Shown in pieces: positions 39,643 through 50,570 of a DNA stretch of 64,000 nt (position 1 is the first letter of the stretch; every line of letters starts with the position of its first letter). Below the pieces are notes generated by a model, which worked only from the letters and a program-made list of their open reading frames with translations, was not told the origin of the DNA and searched no databases. The translations under genes and the position numbers were made by a program. This DNA is from an uncultured Erysipelotrichaceae bacterium (GTDB taxonomy: Bacteria; Bacillota_I; Bacilli_A; RF39; UBA660). The stretch is taken from NCBI GenBank assembly GCA_902775285.1, contig CACYLI010000002.1, positions 82,756 to 146,755 on the forward strand, given 5' to 3'.

Positions 39643-40691
39643 AAAAAATATTATTAATACTTTCAATATTTTTACTAACAGGTTGTTATGATTATACAGA
39701 AATAAATAAATTAGCTATTATTAGTGGGATGATAATAGATTATCAAGATAATGAGTATGTTATAACTAGTCAAGTAATTCAAAATGAAAAAGAATCAAAT
39801 ATAAGAGTTGTTACTACAAAAGGAAAATCAATTGATGAATGTGTATCTAAAATATCTAAGTCTTTAAATAAAAATATTTTTATATCTCATTTGAAAGTAT
39901 TATTATTAACTGAAAGTATTATAAAAAATGATATTGAATATGAAGATTATTTCTTAAGAAATTCTAAATCAAAAATGAATTATTATGTATATTATATTGA
40001 TGATAAATATAAAGATAAAATATTTTTAAACAATATTAATGATAAAGCTTCTTCTTTATATTTAAAAGATTTAACTGATTTTAATAATGATATATACTCT
40101 TCTTCTAATAAACTTACCTTTTTAGACTTAATGTATAAAAAACTAAACTATGGAATAGAACCAATATATCCAAATATTACTATGGAAGATAAAAATATTT
40201 CTTTAAATGATTTAGTCTTATTTAAAAATAATGAAAAAATAACACTAAATAATGAAGAAAGTATTTTTTATAATATTATTACTAATAATACAAATAAAAC
40301 TACTTTAACAATACCGTGTGATAATGATAACTTTTCAATAGAATTAAATAATATTAAAACTAAATACAAATGGAATAATAAATTTAATATTAATATAAAA
40401 TTTGATGCTAAAATAAATAGTTATAATTGTAAATATAAATTACAAAACAATAAAACTACAAATAAATTAAGTAAACTAGTAAATAATTATATAAATAAAA
40501 AAAGTAAAGATGTTGTAAATATTGCTGTAAATAATAAAATAGATTTTATTGGTATTGGTAACTATATATATAAACATGATAGTAAATATTTTGATTTTAA
40601 AAAAAATGATTGGAATGATCACCTAGATAAGATTAATATAAAAATAAATACAGATTCCATAATTAAATCTATAGGAGAAATGAGAAAATGA
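39639..40691 (+). CDS. gerAC: spore germination protein, Ger(x)C lipoprotein subunit
   Basis: Lipobox LLTGC; C-subunit size; overlaps the A and B genes by 4 nt each. Confidence 0.8.
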   Translation: MKKILLILSIFLLTGCYDYTEINKLAIISGMIIDYQDNEYVITSQVIQNEKESNIRVVTTKGKSIDECVSKISKSLNKNIFISHLKVLLLTESIIKNDIEYEDYFLRNSKSKMNYYVYYIDDKYKDKIFLNNINDKASSLYLKDLTDFNNDIYSSSNKLTFLDLMYKKLNYGIEPIYPNITMEDKNISLNDLVLFKNNEKITLNNEESIFYNIITNNTNKTTLTIPCDNDNFSIELNNIKTKYKWNNKFNINIKFDAKINSYNCKYKLQNNKTTNKLSKLVNNYINKKSKDVVNIAVNNKIDFIGIGNYIYKHDSKYFDFKKNDWNDHLDKINIKINTDSIIKSIGEMRK

Positions 40692-41770
40692 ATGAAGAAA
40701 AAATAAATAGTTTTGGAGTATTTACTATAATTACTTCTCTTACCAGCTCTGCATTATATGGTATATTCACTTCATATATGTTAAATAAAGCAAGAAATGC
40801 TTCAGTAATTTCTATATTAATTGGAACAATATTAGTATTAATAATAGCTAAAATAATATTAAATTTTTTTTATAAATATCCTAGTTTAACTTATACGGAG
40901 AAAATAAAAAAAATACATAAGCACTATAAAATAATAGCTATTATTTCTGTTTTATGTTCTACACTTGGTTACATCTTATTTACATATAGGTTAACATCTT
41001 TTATGTCAACACAATATCTAGTTAACACTCCAAGAATTCTTATTTCTATTCTAATATTATTTATTACTTTTTATATTGCAAGTAATGGAATTGAAACAAC
41101 TATTAGAGTATCAACTATTACTTTTTATATATCAATGTTTATTTTTTTATTTGACTTATTTAGTTTAGTTAATCAAATAAAAATAGATAATATTTTACCT
41201 TTATTAAATACCTCCTATAGTAATATATTTATTTCATCAATTACTTTTGCTTTTTATTTTACTATTCCTATAACAAATATTTATTCATTCAAATTAAATC
41301 AAATAGTAGACAAAAATAAGTTTAAAAAGTATTATTATTTATCAATTATTTTATCCCTTCTAATAGCTATTATTTCAATATTTACTACTATTGGTATATC
41401 TGGTATTAAAATAAATGAATTATTTGATTATCCAATATATACCCTTTTAAAAAGAATTAAACTTTTTTCATTTTTAGATTCTCTAGAAAATGTTAGTATT
41501 ATGCTTTGGATATTATTTATTATTAATACATCTAATATGTCTTTATTATTTATTTTTAATACTATAAAAGAAACTTTCAATTTAAATAAAAAGAAAAGTA
41601 ATATTATAAATATATTAATTATTATTTTTTCTTTTATAATATCTAATTTTGTATTATTTAATAATAATTATAGTGAAACATATAATTATATATGGATACC
41701 CTTTTCAATTCTTTTTATTATTTTCATTCTAATAATTTATTCTCAAATAAAAGATAGATTAAATAAATAA
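40688..41770 (+). CDS. gerAB: spore germination protein, GerAB permease-like subunit
   Basis: About 10 TM helices, APC-superfamily-like; third gene of the A-C-B operon. Confidence 0.8.
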   Translation: MNEEKINSFGVFTIITSLTSSALYGIFTSYMLNKARNASVISILIGTILVLIIAKIILNFFYKYPSLTYTEKIKKIHKHYKIIAIISVLCSTLGYILFTYRLTSFMSTQYLVNTPRILISILILFITFYIASNGIETTIRVSTITFYISMFIFLFDLFSLVNQIKIDNILPLLNTSYSNIFISSITFAFYFTIPITNIYSFKLNQIVDKNKFKKYYYLSIILSLLIAIISIFTTIGISGIKINELFDYPIYTLLKRIKLFSFLDSLENVSIMLWILFIINTSNMSLLFIFNTIKETFNLNKKKSNIINILIIIFSFIISNFVLFNNNYSETYNYIWIPFSILFIIFILIIYSQIKDRLNK

Positions 41771-41771
41771 T

Positions 41772-43394
41772 CTATCTTTTTAATACAGTTTCTTTAGATA
41801 CAATTGCATCTTTTAAATTAACCATTGTAGATAAATTTTCATCAAGTTTACTTCCAGTTAAATTAACTCCTTTATAATTCGACCAATCATAAATGTTTAC
41901 ATCATCAAACTTTGCATATTCTGCTGATTTTCCATATACTTTTTGAAGATTTATAACAGCATTTGAATCTCTAAAATCTATATATCTTATATCTACATTA
42001 GAAAAATCAATTAATGATAAATCTAAAAATTTAAGTATTGGAATAAAACCACTTCTTATTTTTAAATGATCATCTTCTTTTTCAAATAATACACTTTCTT
42101 TTATTTGAATAGAATGTAATAATTCTTTAACTTCATTTCCTTCATTATTACTAAGACTTGAAATCTCTTTATTTAGTGTTTTAATTAAAGAAGCAATTTT
42201 TTCAATATTATCTTTATTTACTTTTTCTTTTTCTGTTTTAATAGCTTTAAATTTACTAGCTTTTTGCTTAGCTTCTTTTTCTATATGTATTTGTTTCATA
42301 TAATCAATATTAGCTAACTCTTCTGTACACTGTACAACTACTTTATCAATTCTATTACACAATGTATTAATAAGTTTTTCATATTTTTTCTTTTCTTTAT
42401 CATTTAAATCCATTTGTTTTAAATATTTTCTTAAAGCTATTTTATATTTTGATAAATTGATTAAATTATGATATATGTTACCATACTCATCAACATCAAA
42501 AAATGCATATACATTAAAAATCTCTGAAAGAGCAGCTATTCCTATTAAAAGTAATATAGTTAAACATACTATAAGTATAGTTTCTAAAACGAATAAAAAA
42601 GGATCAACATCAGTAGTTCTACCGATTATATCTTCATTAAATATTTCAAAATTAGCTACTCTATATTCACCTTGTGGAATATTTGCAAATTCACTTTCAC
42701 TAACTAATCTAGTATCTATTGGTTCAAGTGAACTTAAGTCTATACTATTTAATTGATCAGAAGTTATACTTTTTCCATTTTCTATAACGTATGTTTCTTG
42801 TAATCTAAATCCACTATTATCATTAGCAGAATATACTTTTATCGTAAGATTATCACTATGATTTCTATCATATTTTATAGATTCTTCACTTTTTCCATCA
42901 GAACTAACTGTATATTCTATAACTTGTGGAGAATTAAAAGTATAACGAGCAAGTTCTTTTTCAGCAAATATACCCGCACCAATAGGCAATAATGTTATAA
43001 GAGCTCCTATAGTCGATCCAATTACAGCATGATAATCAACATATCTTTTATCATATTGTGGTCTATTTTTTTCTAATTCTTTTTTCTCATCTTTAGTTTC
43101 CATTAAACTAGTTCTATTCTCTTTAAGTTGTTTAGTTAAATCAGTTAATAATGCATTAAAAGTATTAAGTTTAATAATATATTCTTCAATCAAACCTTGT
43201 TCAAATAATAATCTTATACCTTTATCTGATAATACTTCATATCTAAGCATATCATATAATGTATATAAATCTTTAGTATCATAACCTTCAATAGTCATTA
43301 GTCTTAAACTATCATTTATACTATTTAAAAACTTCTTTATAACAGCATGATGATTCTCATAATCACTATACTCTAAAGCTGTTTCACTATTCAT
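41772..43394 (-). CDS. hypothetical membrane protein with a pentapeptide-repeat-like stretch and coiled coil
   Basis: Single central TM helix, coiled-coil N-terminal region, one more TM helix and a NVDIRYIDFRDSNAV… repeat-like segment. Confidence 0.4.
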   Translation of the reverse strand: MNSETALEYSDYENHHAVIKKFLNSINDSLRLMTIEGYDTKDLYTLYDMLRYEVLSDKGIRLLFEQGLIEEYIIKLNTFNALLTDLTKQLKENRTSLMETKDEKKELEKNRPQYDKRYVDYHAVIGSTIGALITLLPIGAGIFAEKELARYTFNSPQVIEYTVSSDGKSEESIKYDRNHSDNLTIKVYSANDNSGFRLQETYVIENGKSITSDQLNSIDLSSLEPIDTRLVSESEFANIPQGEYRVANFEIFNEDIIGRTTDVDPFLFVLETILIVCLTILLLIGIAALSEIFNVYAFFDVDEYGNIYHNLINLSKYKIALRKYLKQMDLNDKEKKKYEKLINTLCNRIDKVVVQCTEELANIDYMKQIHIEKEAKQKASKFKAIKTEKEKVNKDNIEKIASLIKTLNKEISSLSNNEGNEVKELLHSIQIKESVLFEKEDDHLKIRSGFIPILKFLDLSLIDFSNVDIRYIDFRDSNAVINLQKVYGKSAEYAKFDDVNIYDWSNYKGVNLTGSKLDENLSTMVNLKDAIVSKETVLKR

Positions 43395-43461
43395 ATTATC
43401 ACCATTATAATTTTAACAAATTTAAAATTTTTTGTAAAATAAAAAGCTTAAAATAAAGCTT

Positions 43462-43956
43462 TTATTTTTTCAATTTAATTTGTCTACATTTTCTTTCAAT
43501 GTAATCTTCCATTTCCAAATCATCATATAATTCTATTTCAGCCTCATGATAACTACTATTATATCTTGTTTTTCTAAGTATTTTTCCATTTTTAAAAACA
43601 AATTCATCTACTACACTATATTCATTATTATCATATAAAACATCATTACATCTATATACATTAGTTTTAATAAATATTTTATTTCCTACCCTTACTATAT
43701 CTCCATATATCATTCTATTCTCATCATCATTATAAGTAGCTCCATCAAATCTAATATAGTTACTTTCTTTTGACAAATGTAAAAATAATAAATCAAAATT
43801 ACAATAAGAATTTTTATTTAATGAAACTTCACTTTCATCAACATCTTTAGTATGTAATATTAAATTAATACAATAATTTCTTTCTTCTATTGTCATATTT
43901 TTATATGGAAAATATTGTTCTAATAATAATTCATCATAATTATTCATGTTTTTCAC
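43462..43956 (-). CDS. hypothetical protein
   Basis: 164 aa; not RimM despite the position after rpsP-KH. Confidence 0.4.
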   Translation of the reverse strand: MKNMNNYDELLLEQYFPYKNMTIEERNYCINLILHTKDVDESEVSLNKNSYCNFDLLFLHLSKESNYIRFDGATYNDDENRMIYGDIVRVGNKIFIKTNVYRCNDVLYDNNEYSVVDEFVFKNGKILRKTRYNSSYHEAEIELYDDLEMEDYIERKCRQIKLKK

Positions 43957-44024
43957 CCCTTCTGTGTCTTATGTATAATAACATATTATAAATAAAAATT
44001 CAATAAAAAAGAGTATTTCTACTC

Positions 44025-44267
44025 CTAAAATGAATCTATATTTACTTTAACTTTTTTATTTCCTTCATTATAAGCTTTAGCTTGTATTAAAGTTTTAATA
44101 CTATTAGCTATCTTACCTCTTTTACCAATTACTCTACCCATATCTTCTTCAGAAACAACAATTTCAATTACTACTTCATCATCGCTATCAAATTGTTGTA
44201 CCTTTACTAGATCTGGTTCTTTAACTAGTTTTTTTACTATTAATTCAGAAAATTCAACTAAATTCAT
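44025..44267 (-). CDS. KH-domain RNA-binding protein (YlqC/UPF0109)
   Basis: GRVIGKRGKIANSIKTLI KH motif; follows rpsP. Confidence 0.8.
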   Translation of the reverse strand: MNLVEFSELIVKKLVKEPDLVKVQQFDSDDEVVIEIVVSEEDMGRVIGKRGKIANSIKTLIQAKAYNEGNKKVKVNIDSF

Positions 44268-44536
44268 TATTTATTTTTTTTAGAATTATGGAATTCTTCC
44301 ATAACACCTACTTCACTTAGTATATTCTTAGCTGTATCTGTAGGTTGAGCACCTTTCTTAAGCCAATCTAATGCAGATTCTTTATTAACATTATATTTTT
44401 CTGCTTCTAAAGGCATATAAGTTCCAATAGATTCAATAACATTACCATCTCTTTTAGCTCTTGAATCAGCTACTACTAAACGATAATATGGTCTTTTTTT
44501 AGCTCCCATTCTTTTTAGTCTAATTTTAACTGCCAT
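44267..44536 (-). CDS. rpsP: 30S ribosomal protein S16
   Basis: [31 protein letters not shown]. Confidence 0.9.
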   Translation of the reverse strand: MAVKIRLKRMGAKKRPYYRLVVADSRAKRDGNVIESIGTYMPLEAEKYNVNKESALDWLKKGAQPTDTAKNILSEVGVMEEFHNSKKNK

Positions 44537-44571
44537 TTATAAGTCTCCTTCCTTCATTCAATAATATTACT

Positions 44572-44612
44572 ATAAATAAAAAGATATGTCAACCTTTTTT
44601 TGTTTACATATC
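44572..44612 (-). terminator. weak rho-independent terminator after the HAD hydrolase gene
   Basis: Imperfect hairpin gatatgtaaac…ttgacatatc plus T run on the minus strand. Confidence 0.3.
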
Positions 44613-45195
44613 ATTTATTATTTTTAAACTTATAATCTTTTTTATATGTGAATAACTTGTTACCTTCTACTACATATGCTGTTTTTGCAAGTTTTAATAC
44701 TGGAATATCTTTTGATGAATCTCCATATGCACATAGTATTTCACTATCTGAATATAACTCTTTAATTCTTTTGACTTTTTCTTCACCTTTACAGTTTTTT
44801 CCAATTATTTTACCATTAGAATCAGTATTTGTTGCTATTACATGCTTTATTCCTAACCTTTTAGCAAATTGTTTAATCCACAAATCATATGATGCAGTAA
44901 CTATTACATCTGCTTCACTTTTTCTTGATAAATAAAATGGTTTAATCTTTTTCATATGAGAATCAACAAAATTATTTATAAATTTTGGATAGTTATTTAT
45001 CTTATATATAAATGAAAGTAAAGTTTCTTTTACTTCTTCAAATGAAATGTAACCTTTTTTATTTAATAACCTAGCTTTTTTCAAAGATTTTAAAACTATG
45101 GAAGGATAATGTAATAAACCATATATTACGATATCTTTACAAGAATCCCCATTATAAATAGTTCCATCAAAATCATAAATATTCACATTTTTCAC
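44611..45195 (-). CDS. HAD-IB family hydrolase
   Basis: IYDFDGTIY motif I, GDSSKD motif IV. Confidence 0.65.
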   Translation of the reverse strand: MKNVNIYDFDGTIYNGDSCKDIVIYGLLHYPSIVLKSLKKARLLNKKGYISFEEVKETLLSFIYKINNYPKFINNFVDSHMKKIKPFYLSRKSEADVIVTASYDLWIKQFAKRLGIKHVIATNTDSNGKIIGKNCKGEEKVKRIKELYSDSEILCAYGDSSKDIPVLKLAKTAYVVEGNKLFTYKKDYKFKNNK

Positions 45196-45196
45196 C

Positions 45197-45943
45197 CTAT
45201 TGCTCTTGTCTCATAAATTCTTCATATTTAGTCATAATCTTTTCAGGATCTCCTTCATCCCTGATTAATCCTTCATGTAACCAAATAACTTTATCACATA
45301 ATTCTACTATTGTTTTAGTACTATGTGAAACAATAACAACTGTTCTATTAGAATCATTAATTAATTCTTTCATTTTATTATAACTTTTTTCTTTAAAATG
45401 AACATCTCCAACACTTAATACTTCATCTATTAACATTATATCTGTTTCAAGTATAGCTGTAATAGAAAATGCAAGTTTAGAGTACATTCCTGATGAATAA
45501 CTTCTAACAGGTCTATATACAAATTCTCCAAGTTCTGAAAACTCTATTATTTCATCAACTTTTTTATCGATTTCTTCTTTAGTATATCCAAGTAACATAC
45601 CACTTAAATAAATATTTTCATATCCAGTTAATTGTTTTTGAAAACCTACTCCAATTGAAAGTAAAGAAATTGTATTTTTATGTAAATTAATACTTCCTTT
45701 ATCAGGAGAAAAAATTCCTGCAATTGCTCTTAATAAAGTGGATTTACCACTACCATTTTTTCCACATATACCAAGTATTTGACCTTTTGGTATCTCAAAT
45801 GTAACACCTTTTATAGCTTTAAATATTTTTCCACTGCCTTTTCCTTTAATACCATTTTTCTTTAAGGAAAACCTATTCATATCTCTATAATACACATGTA
45901 AGTCATTTACTGATATTGCTATTTCTTTATTATTATTCTTCAT
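45197..45943 (-). CDS. tagH: teichoic acid/polysaccharide ABC exporter ATP-binding protein
   Basis: Walker A GKNGSGKST, ABC signature SSGM, Walker B; paired with an ABC-2 permease. Confidence 0.8.
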   Translation of the reverse strand: MKNNNKEIAISVNDLHVYYRDMNRFSLKKNGIKGKGSGKIFKAIKGVTFEIPKGQILGICGKNGSGKSTLLRAIAGIFSPDKGSINLHKNTISLLSIGVGFQKQLTGYENIYLSGMLLGYTKEEIDKKVDEIIEFSELGEFVYRPVRSYSSGMYSKLAFSITAILETDIMLIDEVLSVGDVHFKEKSYNKMKELINDSNRTVVIVSHSTKTIVELCDKVIWLHEGLIRDEGDPEKIMTKYEEFMRQEQ

Positions 45944-46782
45944 TATCTCATCACCTTTACATATGTATTTTCATATTTATAAATTGTATTAATACCAAGA
46001 ATACACAATAATATACTTATAAAGAACCATATAAGTGTCCACATTCCTACTGGAGCACTACTATAAATAAGTACATTTCTTAAATTATAAATAAAATTTG
46101 CTAAAGGATTTAAATCTAATAATAAAGTTCTATAAACTACATTATGTACTCTCGTACTCAAATCAAAGAATACACCTGTTAAGTAAAAAACCATTCTAAG
46201 AGCAATATTAGTTAAATTTGTTAAATCTTCTACAAATACTCCAACATGCATCATTAAACATGATACACCAAATGTAAATAAAATAACTGTAACCATTATT
46301 GGAAAGAACCAAAGTATATTCCAAGTAATTGGTACTTTATAAAAAATCATAAAAACACCAACTAATATAAATGAAACAAACATTTTAAACATGTTTACTC
46401 CCATTTTAGTAAATAATAATACAAACTTTGGTAAATAAACCTTAGTAACTGTATCTCTATTATTACTAATAAGCTTAACACTAGCTACTACCATCTTATT
46501 AAAGAAATTCCATACACTAAGGCCTATAAAAACAAATATAGGAAAATACTCAACTTTTGATTTAAATATTACACCTGCTATAAACATATAAATTAACATA
46601 AAAGCAAGTGGTTCTAAAATCATCCAAGTCCAACCTAAATATGAATTTATAATTTCTGTTTTTAATTCAGATTTTGATGCATATAGAATATAATTTTTAT
46701 ACTTTTTTAAATCTTTAAAAAATCTTTTCATTTTTTCTCCTTCAAGTAAATATATTTTATCATATATAGAAATTATAATCAA
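45943..46782 (-). CDS. tagG: ABC-2 type permease (TagG/Wzm-like)
   Basis: Six TM helices; overlaps tagH by 1 nt. Confidence 0.75.
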   Translation of the reverse strand: MIIISIYDKIYLLEGEKMKRFFKDLKKYKNYILYASKSELKTEIINSYLGWTWMILEPLAFMLIYMFIAGVIFKSKVEYFPIFVFIGLSVWNFFNKMVVASVKLISNNRDTVTKVYLPKFVLLFTKMGVNMFKMFVSFILVGVFMIFYKVPITWNILWFFPIMVTVILFTFGVSCLMMHVGVFVEDLTNLTNIALRMVFYLTGVFFDLSTRVHNVVYRTLLLDLNPLANFIYNLRNVLIYSSAPVGMWTLIWFFISILLCILGINTIYKYENTYVKVMR

Positions 46783-46806
46783 TTTAAAAAAACCTTAAAA
46801 GGTTTT

Positions 46807-47265
46807 TTATTTTTTTATTTTTCTTGTTTTAGTTCCTGGTTCAGGAATTTGATCTACTCCATTAATTGGTTCTTGTAAACCTAAATCTCTTTTGATTTTA
46901 GTTGTTGAAATTCCTTCAGTTCTATCTAAATAAATAACTTCACAATAGTCTTTTAGATAATCAAATCTATCACTTCCTGCCCAATCACTTCCCATAACAA
47001 CTGTATCAACATGATATTCTTTAACATCATTAATTTTTTGTTCCCAGTTTTCTTCTGGAATAACTAAATCAACGTATCTAATTGCTTCTAACATTTTCTT
47101 CCTTGTTTCATAATTATGATATGCTTTTTTTCCTTTAATATCATTAAATTCATCAGTTGAAACAGCAACTATTAAATAATCTCCTAAAGCTTTTGCTCTT
47201 TGTAATAATCTAATATGACCATAGTGTAATAAATCATATGTTCCATATGTTAAAATTCTTTTCAT
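46807..47265 (-). CDS. tagD: glycerol-3-phosphate cytidylyltransferase
   Basis: GTYDLLHYGH (H)xGH motif; 152 aa; near-canonical TagD. Confidence 0.9.
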   Translation of the reverse strand: MKRILTYGTYDLLHYGHIRLLQRAKALGDYLIVAVSTDEFNDIKGKKAYHNYETRKKMLEAIRYVDLVIPEENWEQKINDVKEYHVDTVVMGSDWAGSDRFDYLKDYCEVIYLDRTEGISTTKIKRDLGLQEPINGVDQIPEPGTKTRKIKK

Positions 47266-47312
47266 GCACTACCTCCTAAAACTAGTTTATCATATTTATT
47301 CTTTTTATACAA

Positions 47313-50300
47313 TTATTCTTCCATTTTTGTCTTATATGAAATACAATCTGCTATTAAACTAAATCTTTCATAATCATTATCAAGCATACATCTAATTAAT
47401 TCTCTTTTATGTGCAAGAACAACATCTTTAAAATAGATATAATCTCTTCTTTCATCAAAATATTTTCTATATAATTCAAATATCTTCTTTTTATCTTTAT
47501 CACTATAATAACAGAAGAATTTAGCAAATATATACATATCATGATTAATTGCATGAGTTACATAATACGCTTTATATTTATCCATTGCTAGATTAAATAT
47601 TTTGATCATCTTATCAATTCTTTCATTTACTTGATCAAATGTATATTTTGTAGTTATGGATGAATTATTTCCATAATTAATCCAGTTATAAACATCTCTA
47701 TTTACTATACCAATTCTATCAAAATACTTATAAATCTGTGCCATAAATAAATTATCTTCAAACATTCCTTTTTCAAATCTAATATTTGATTTTCTAAGTT
47801 CTTCTAAATTATATATTTTACATGTAGATATTGTATCAGAAAGTAATAAGATTCTATTTTCCATAGTATTAATAGAAGATTTTTTATATAAATTTTTAAA
47901 CCAGAAAGATAATTTTCTTTCTTTGTATTTATATTTTCTGCATCTTCCACCTACTACATTTAGTTTATGTTTTTCTGCATAATCAACTAAATAATTAAGT
48001 GCATATTTACACATAGTATCATCTGAATCAATAAAGAAAACATACTTTCCACGTGCTTTTTCTATTCCATAATTTCTAACAAGTCCTGGTCCTTCATTTT
48101 CTTTTTTAAAATACTTAACATTTTTATATTTTTTACAAATATCTCTTGGATCTTGATCACAACCATCATTTATTAGTAGCACTTCGTTATTTTTATATCC
48201 AGATTTTTTAATAGATTTAAGTAGCGCTTCAACAGTATCAATATTATTGTAAAAAGGTACTATTATTGAAACTAATGGGTATTTTTTATGTTTAAATAAA
48301 TTTTTAATTTTATATTTTAAACAATTAAAATACATTAATCCATCAAATACAATTTTTTTATTATTTTTTGCAAATTGATAACAATGTTTTTTTACAAAAC
48401 TAATACCAAATTTAATAACTTTTCTTTTTTGTTTAACAAGGAAATTTTTTAATTTAGTTTTTGTTTGTTTTGGAGGAATATTATCTAAAGATTCAACTTC
48501 ATCAAATAGTTTTATCCACCTATTAACAATTGTATCATTTGAAAATCTATTAATTATTTTATTAAAATCTTTTTTATCAAATTCACCATTATTTAATCTT
48601 TTTACAAATTCATTTATGTTAGAAGTTTCAATTAGATTAACACAACTATAATCTTTAAATTCGCTTGCTGCTGTAAAAGAATTATATAAATAAATTGGTA
48701 CTCCATAATTAGCACTTTCTAGTATAGTTAATGGAAAACCTTCTGTTAAACTTGTAAGGATTATACCTTGTTTGTCTTTATACATTTCATCTTTATTATC
48801 ACAATATCCATGAACAATTACTCTTTTTTCTAGTCCTAATTCTTTTATTTTGTTTTCATATTCACTTCTTAGTTTTCCATCTCCATAAACATGAAGTTTA
48901 TAATTCTTATTAAGATTTTTATTTTTAAATATTTCTAATGTATCAAAAATATTCTTATCTAAATCAAGTCTAGAGATAAATGCAAATTCATTATTATTTT
49001 TGTAATAATTCTTAATATTTTTAAAAGTATATGAATTTTCCATAAATCCTAGTTTTTCTTTTACTTCATCATTTACTTTACTTCCAAGTAATTTAGCATT
49101 TCCTTCTGTCAATAACAATAGTTTTTTATAATTATAAAGACTAAAATTATTTAATTCTTTTAAATGCCATGTATAAATATTCTTACTAATAATATCTTTA
49201 GTATCCCCATGAAACATTAATATATTATTTTTATTATTTAAATATCTTTCAAATCTTTTATGAGCTCCGAATTGACATGAAATTACATAACCATCAGTAT
49301 TTTCAAGAATTGGAATAATATTTTCTGAATCTTTATCGAAAGATAATTTAACATCAATTAATCCTTCTTTATCAAACTCATAAAAGTCTTTATTACTTGT
49401 TGAATATCTTCTATTAGCTATTACAAATATTCTTGAATTATATTTTGATTTAAATTCTCTTGATAAATTCATAACAAAAGTATTAATACCACCAATTTCA
49501 TTTAATTCATTTATAAGAAATATAATATCTTTTGTTTTTCTAGTACTTTTATCAAAATTTAATTTACTAACTAATTCTTTAGTAGAATCTTTCTTTTGAT
49601 GAGGATAAAAAGTCTTTTTTATTCTAGATAAATTTTTAGTATCAATTGACTTATCAATAATAGAAAGTAAATCTTTTTCATTAGTAACTATATATTTATT
49701 ATCTACATAGTCTTCTAATTTAAACATAAAACCTCTATCTTTTTCATATTCTTCTTTATCATATTGATAAAAAATCATAGGTTTATCTAATATAGAATAA
49801 TCAAAAAATAAACTTGAATAATCACTTATTAACAAATCACAAATACAAAGCAAATCATTTACACAAGGATAACTTGTTAAATCAATAACATTACCATCAC
49901 TTACTAAAGTATTTAAATAATGTAATTTTGTTACTATTATCCATTCATCTTTATCTTTATTAAGTTTATTTAATAATTTTGATGAATCAAATGGTAATTT
50001 ATAACTACCTTTTACTCTATATGTAGGAGCAAATAATAATATTTTTTTATCCTTTGGTAAACCAAGTCTTTCTTTTATTTCATCTTTTTCTTTTTCACTT
50101 TTAAATATTGAGTCTGTTCTAGAAACAGCAGTTTCTAGTATTTCTCCTCTATAAAGCATTGACTTTCTTAAAAATTCTTCTGTATAAAATTTACAAGGAG
50201 ATACCATTAAATCTATTCCTTCAGCATATTCTAGCGTATCTAATATTGTCTTTTTATCTAAATCGATAAACATTTTTTTATATGGGATTCCATGCCATAC

Positions 50301-50570
50301 GCTAACTCTTTTTTGTGTATCACAAACTCTAGTTTTGAAATTTATACTTCCTGCATCAATTATATAGTCTGCTACTAGTTTTAGATATAAAGTATATGGA
50401 TTCTTTTTATTTAAATATTTAACATTATCAACTTCTTTTTCTTCACTATCATAAATAACATATACATCAAAATCATCTTTATAATACTTTATAAAGTTTT
50501 CAATATCACCCATTACTTTAGAATTATAAGCAGATGGAATAAGTACAAGTTTTTTCTTATATTCAGTCAT
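47313..50570 (-). CDS. multidomain teichoic acid synthase: CDP-glycerol glycerophosphotransferase + GT4 + GT2 fusion
   Basis: N-terminal Glyphos_transf (VSVWHGIPYKK), central GT4 (EGFPLTILESANYGVPIY), C-terminal GT2 (PLVSIIVPFYNN…INDGCDQD); 1085 aa. Confidence 0.75.
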   Translation of the reverse strand: MTEYKKKLVLIPSAYNSKVMGDIENFIKYYKDDFDVYVIYDSEEKEVDNVKYLNKKNPYTLYLKLVADYIIDAGSINFKTRVCDTQKRVSVWHGIPYKKMFIDLDKKTILDTLEYAEGIDLMVSPCKFYTEEFLRKSMLYRGEILETAVSRTDSIFKSEKEKDEIKERLGLPKDKKILLFAPTYRVKGSYKLPFDSSKLLNKLNKDKDEWIIVTKLHYLNTLVSDGNVIDLTSYPCVNDLLCICDLLISDYSSLFFDYSILDKPMIFYQYDKEEYEKDRGFMFKLEDYVDNKYIVTNEKDLLSIIDKSIDTKNLSRIKKTFYPHQKKDSTKELVSKLNFDKSTRKTKDIIFLINELNEIGGINTFVMNLSREFKSKYNSRIFVIANRRYSTSNKDFYEFDKEGLIDVKLSFDKDSENIIPILENTDGYVISCQFGAHKRFERYLNNKNNILMFHGDTKDIISKNIYTWHLKELNNFSLYNYKKLLLLTEGNAKLLGSKVNDEVKEKLGFMENSYTFKNIKNYYKNNNEFAFISRLDLDKNIFDTLEIFKNKNLNKNYKLHVYGDGKLRSEYENKIKELGLEKRVIVHGYCDNKDEMYKDKQGIILTSLTEGFPLTILESANYGVPIYLYNSFTAASEFKDYSCVNLIETSNINEFVKRLNNGEFDKKDFNKIINRFSNDTIVNRWIKLFDEVESLDNIPPKQTKTKLKNFLVKQKRKVIKFGISFVKKHCYQFAKNNKKIVFDGLMYFNCLKYKIKNLFKHKKYPLVSIIVPFYNNIDTVEALLKSIKKSGYKNNEVLLINDGCDQDPRDICKKYKNVKYFKKENEGPGLVRNYGIEKARGKYVFFIDSDDTMCKYALNYLVDYAEKHKLNVVGGRCRKYKYKERKLSFWFKNLYKKSSINTMENRILLLSDTISTCKIYNLEELRKSNIRFEKGMFEDNLFMAQIYKYFDRIGIVNRDVYNWINYGNNSSITTKYTFDQVNERIDKMIKIFNLAMDKYKAYYVTHAINHDMYIFAKFFCYYSDKDKKKIFELYRKYFDERRDYIYFKDVVLAHKRELIRCMLDNDYERFSLIADCISYKTKMEE

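Noticed and set aside
4009-44536. Idea that the roughly 40 kb between ylxM and rpsP is an inserted island displacing ffh
   Set aside because: The interval is filled with core housekeeping genes (rnj, recA, pgsA, rnpB, gpsB, fmt, priA, miaB, uvrB, trxAB, gerA operon). It has uniform AT content and no integrase, transposase or flanking direct repeats. ftsY-ylxM and rpsP lie in the wrong relative order for a simple insertion.
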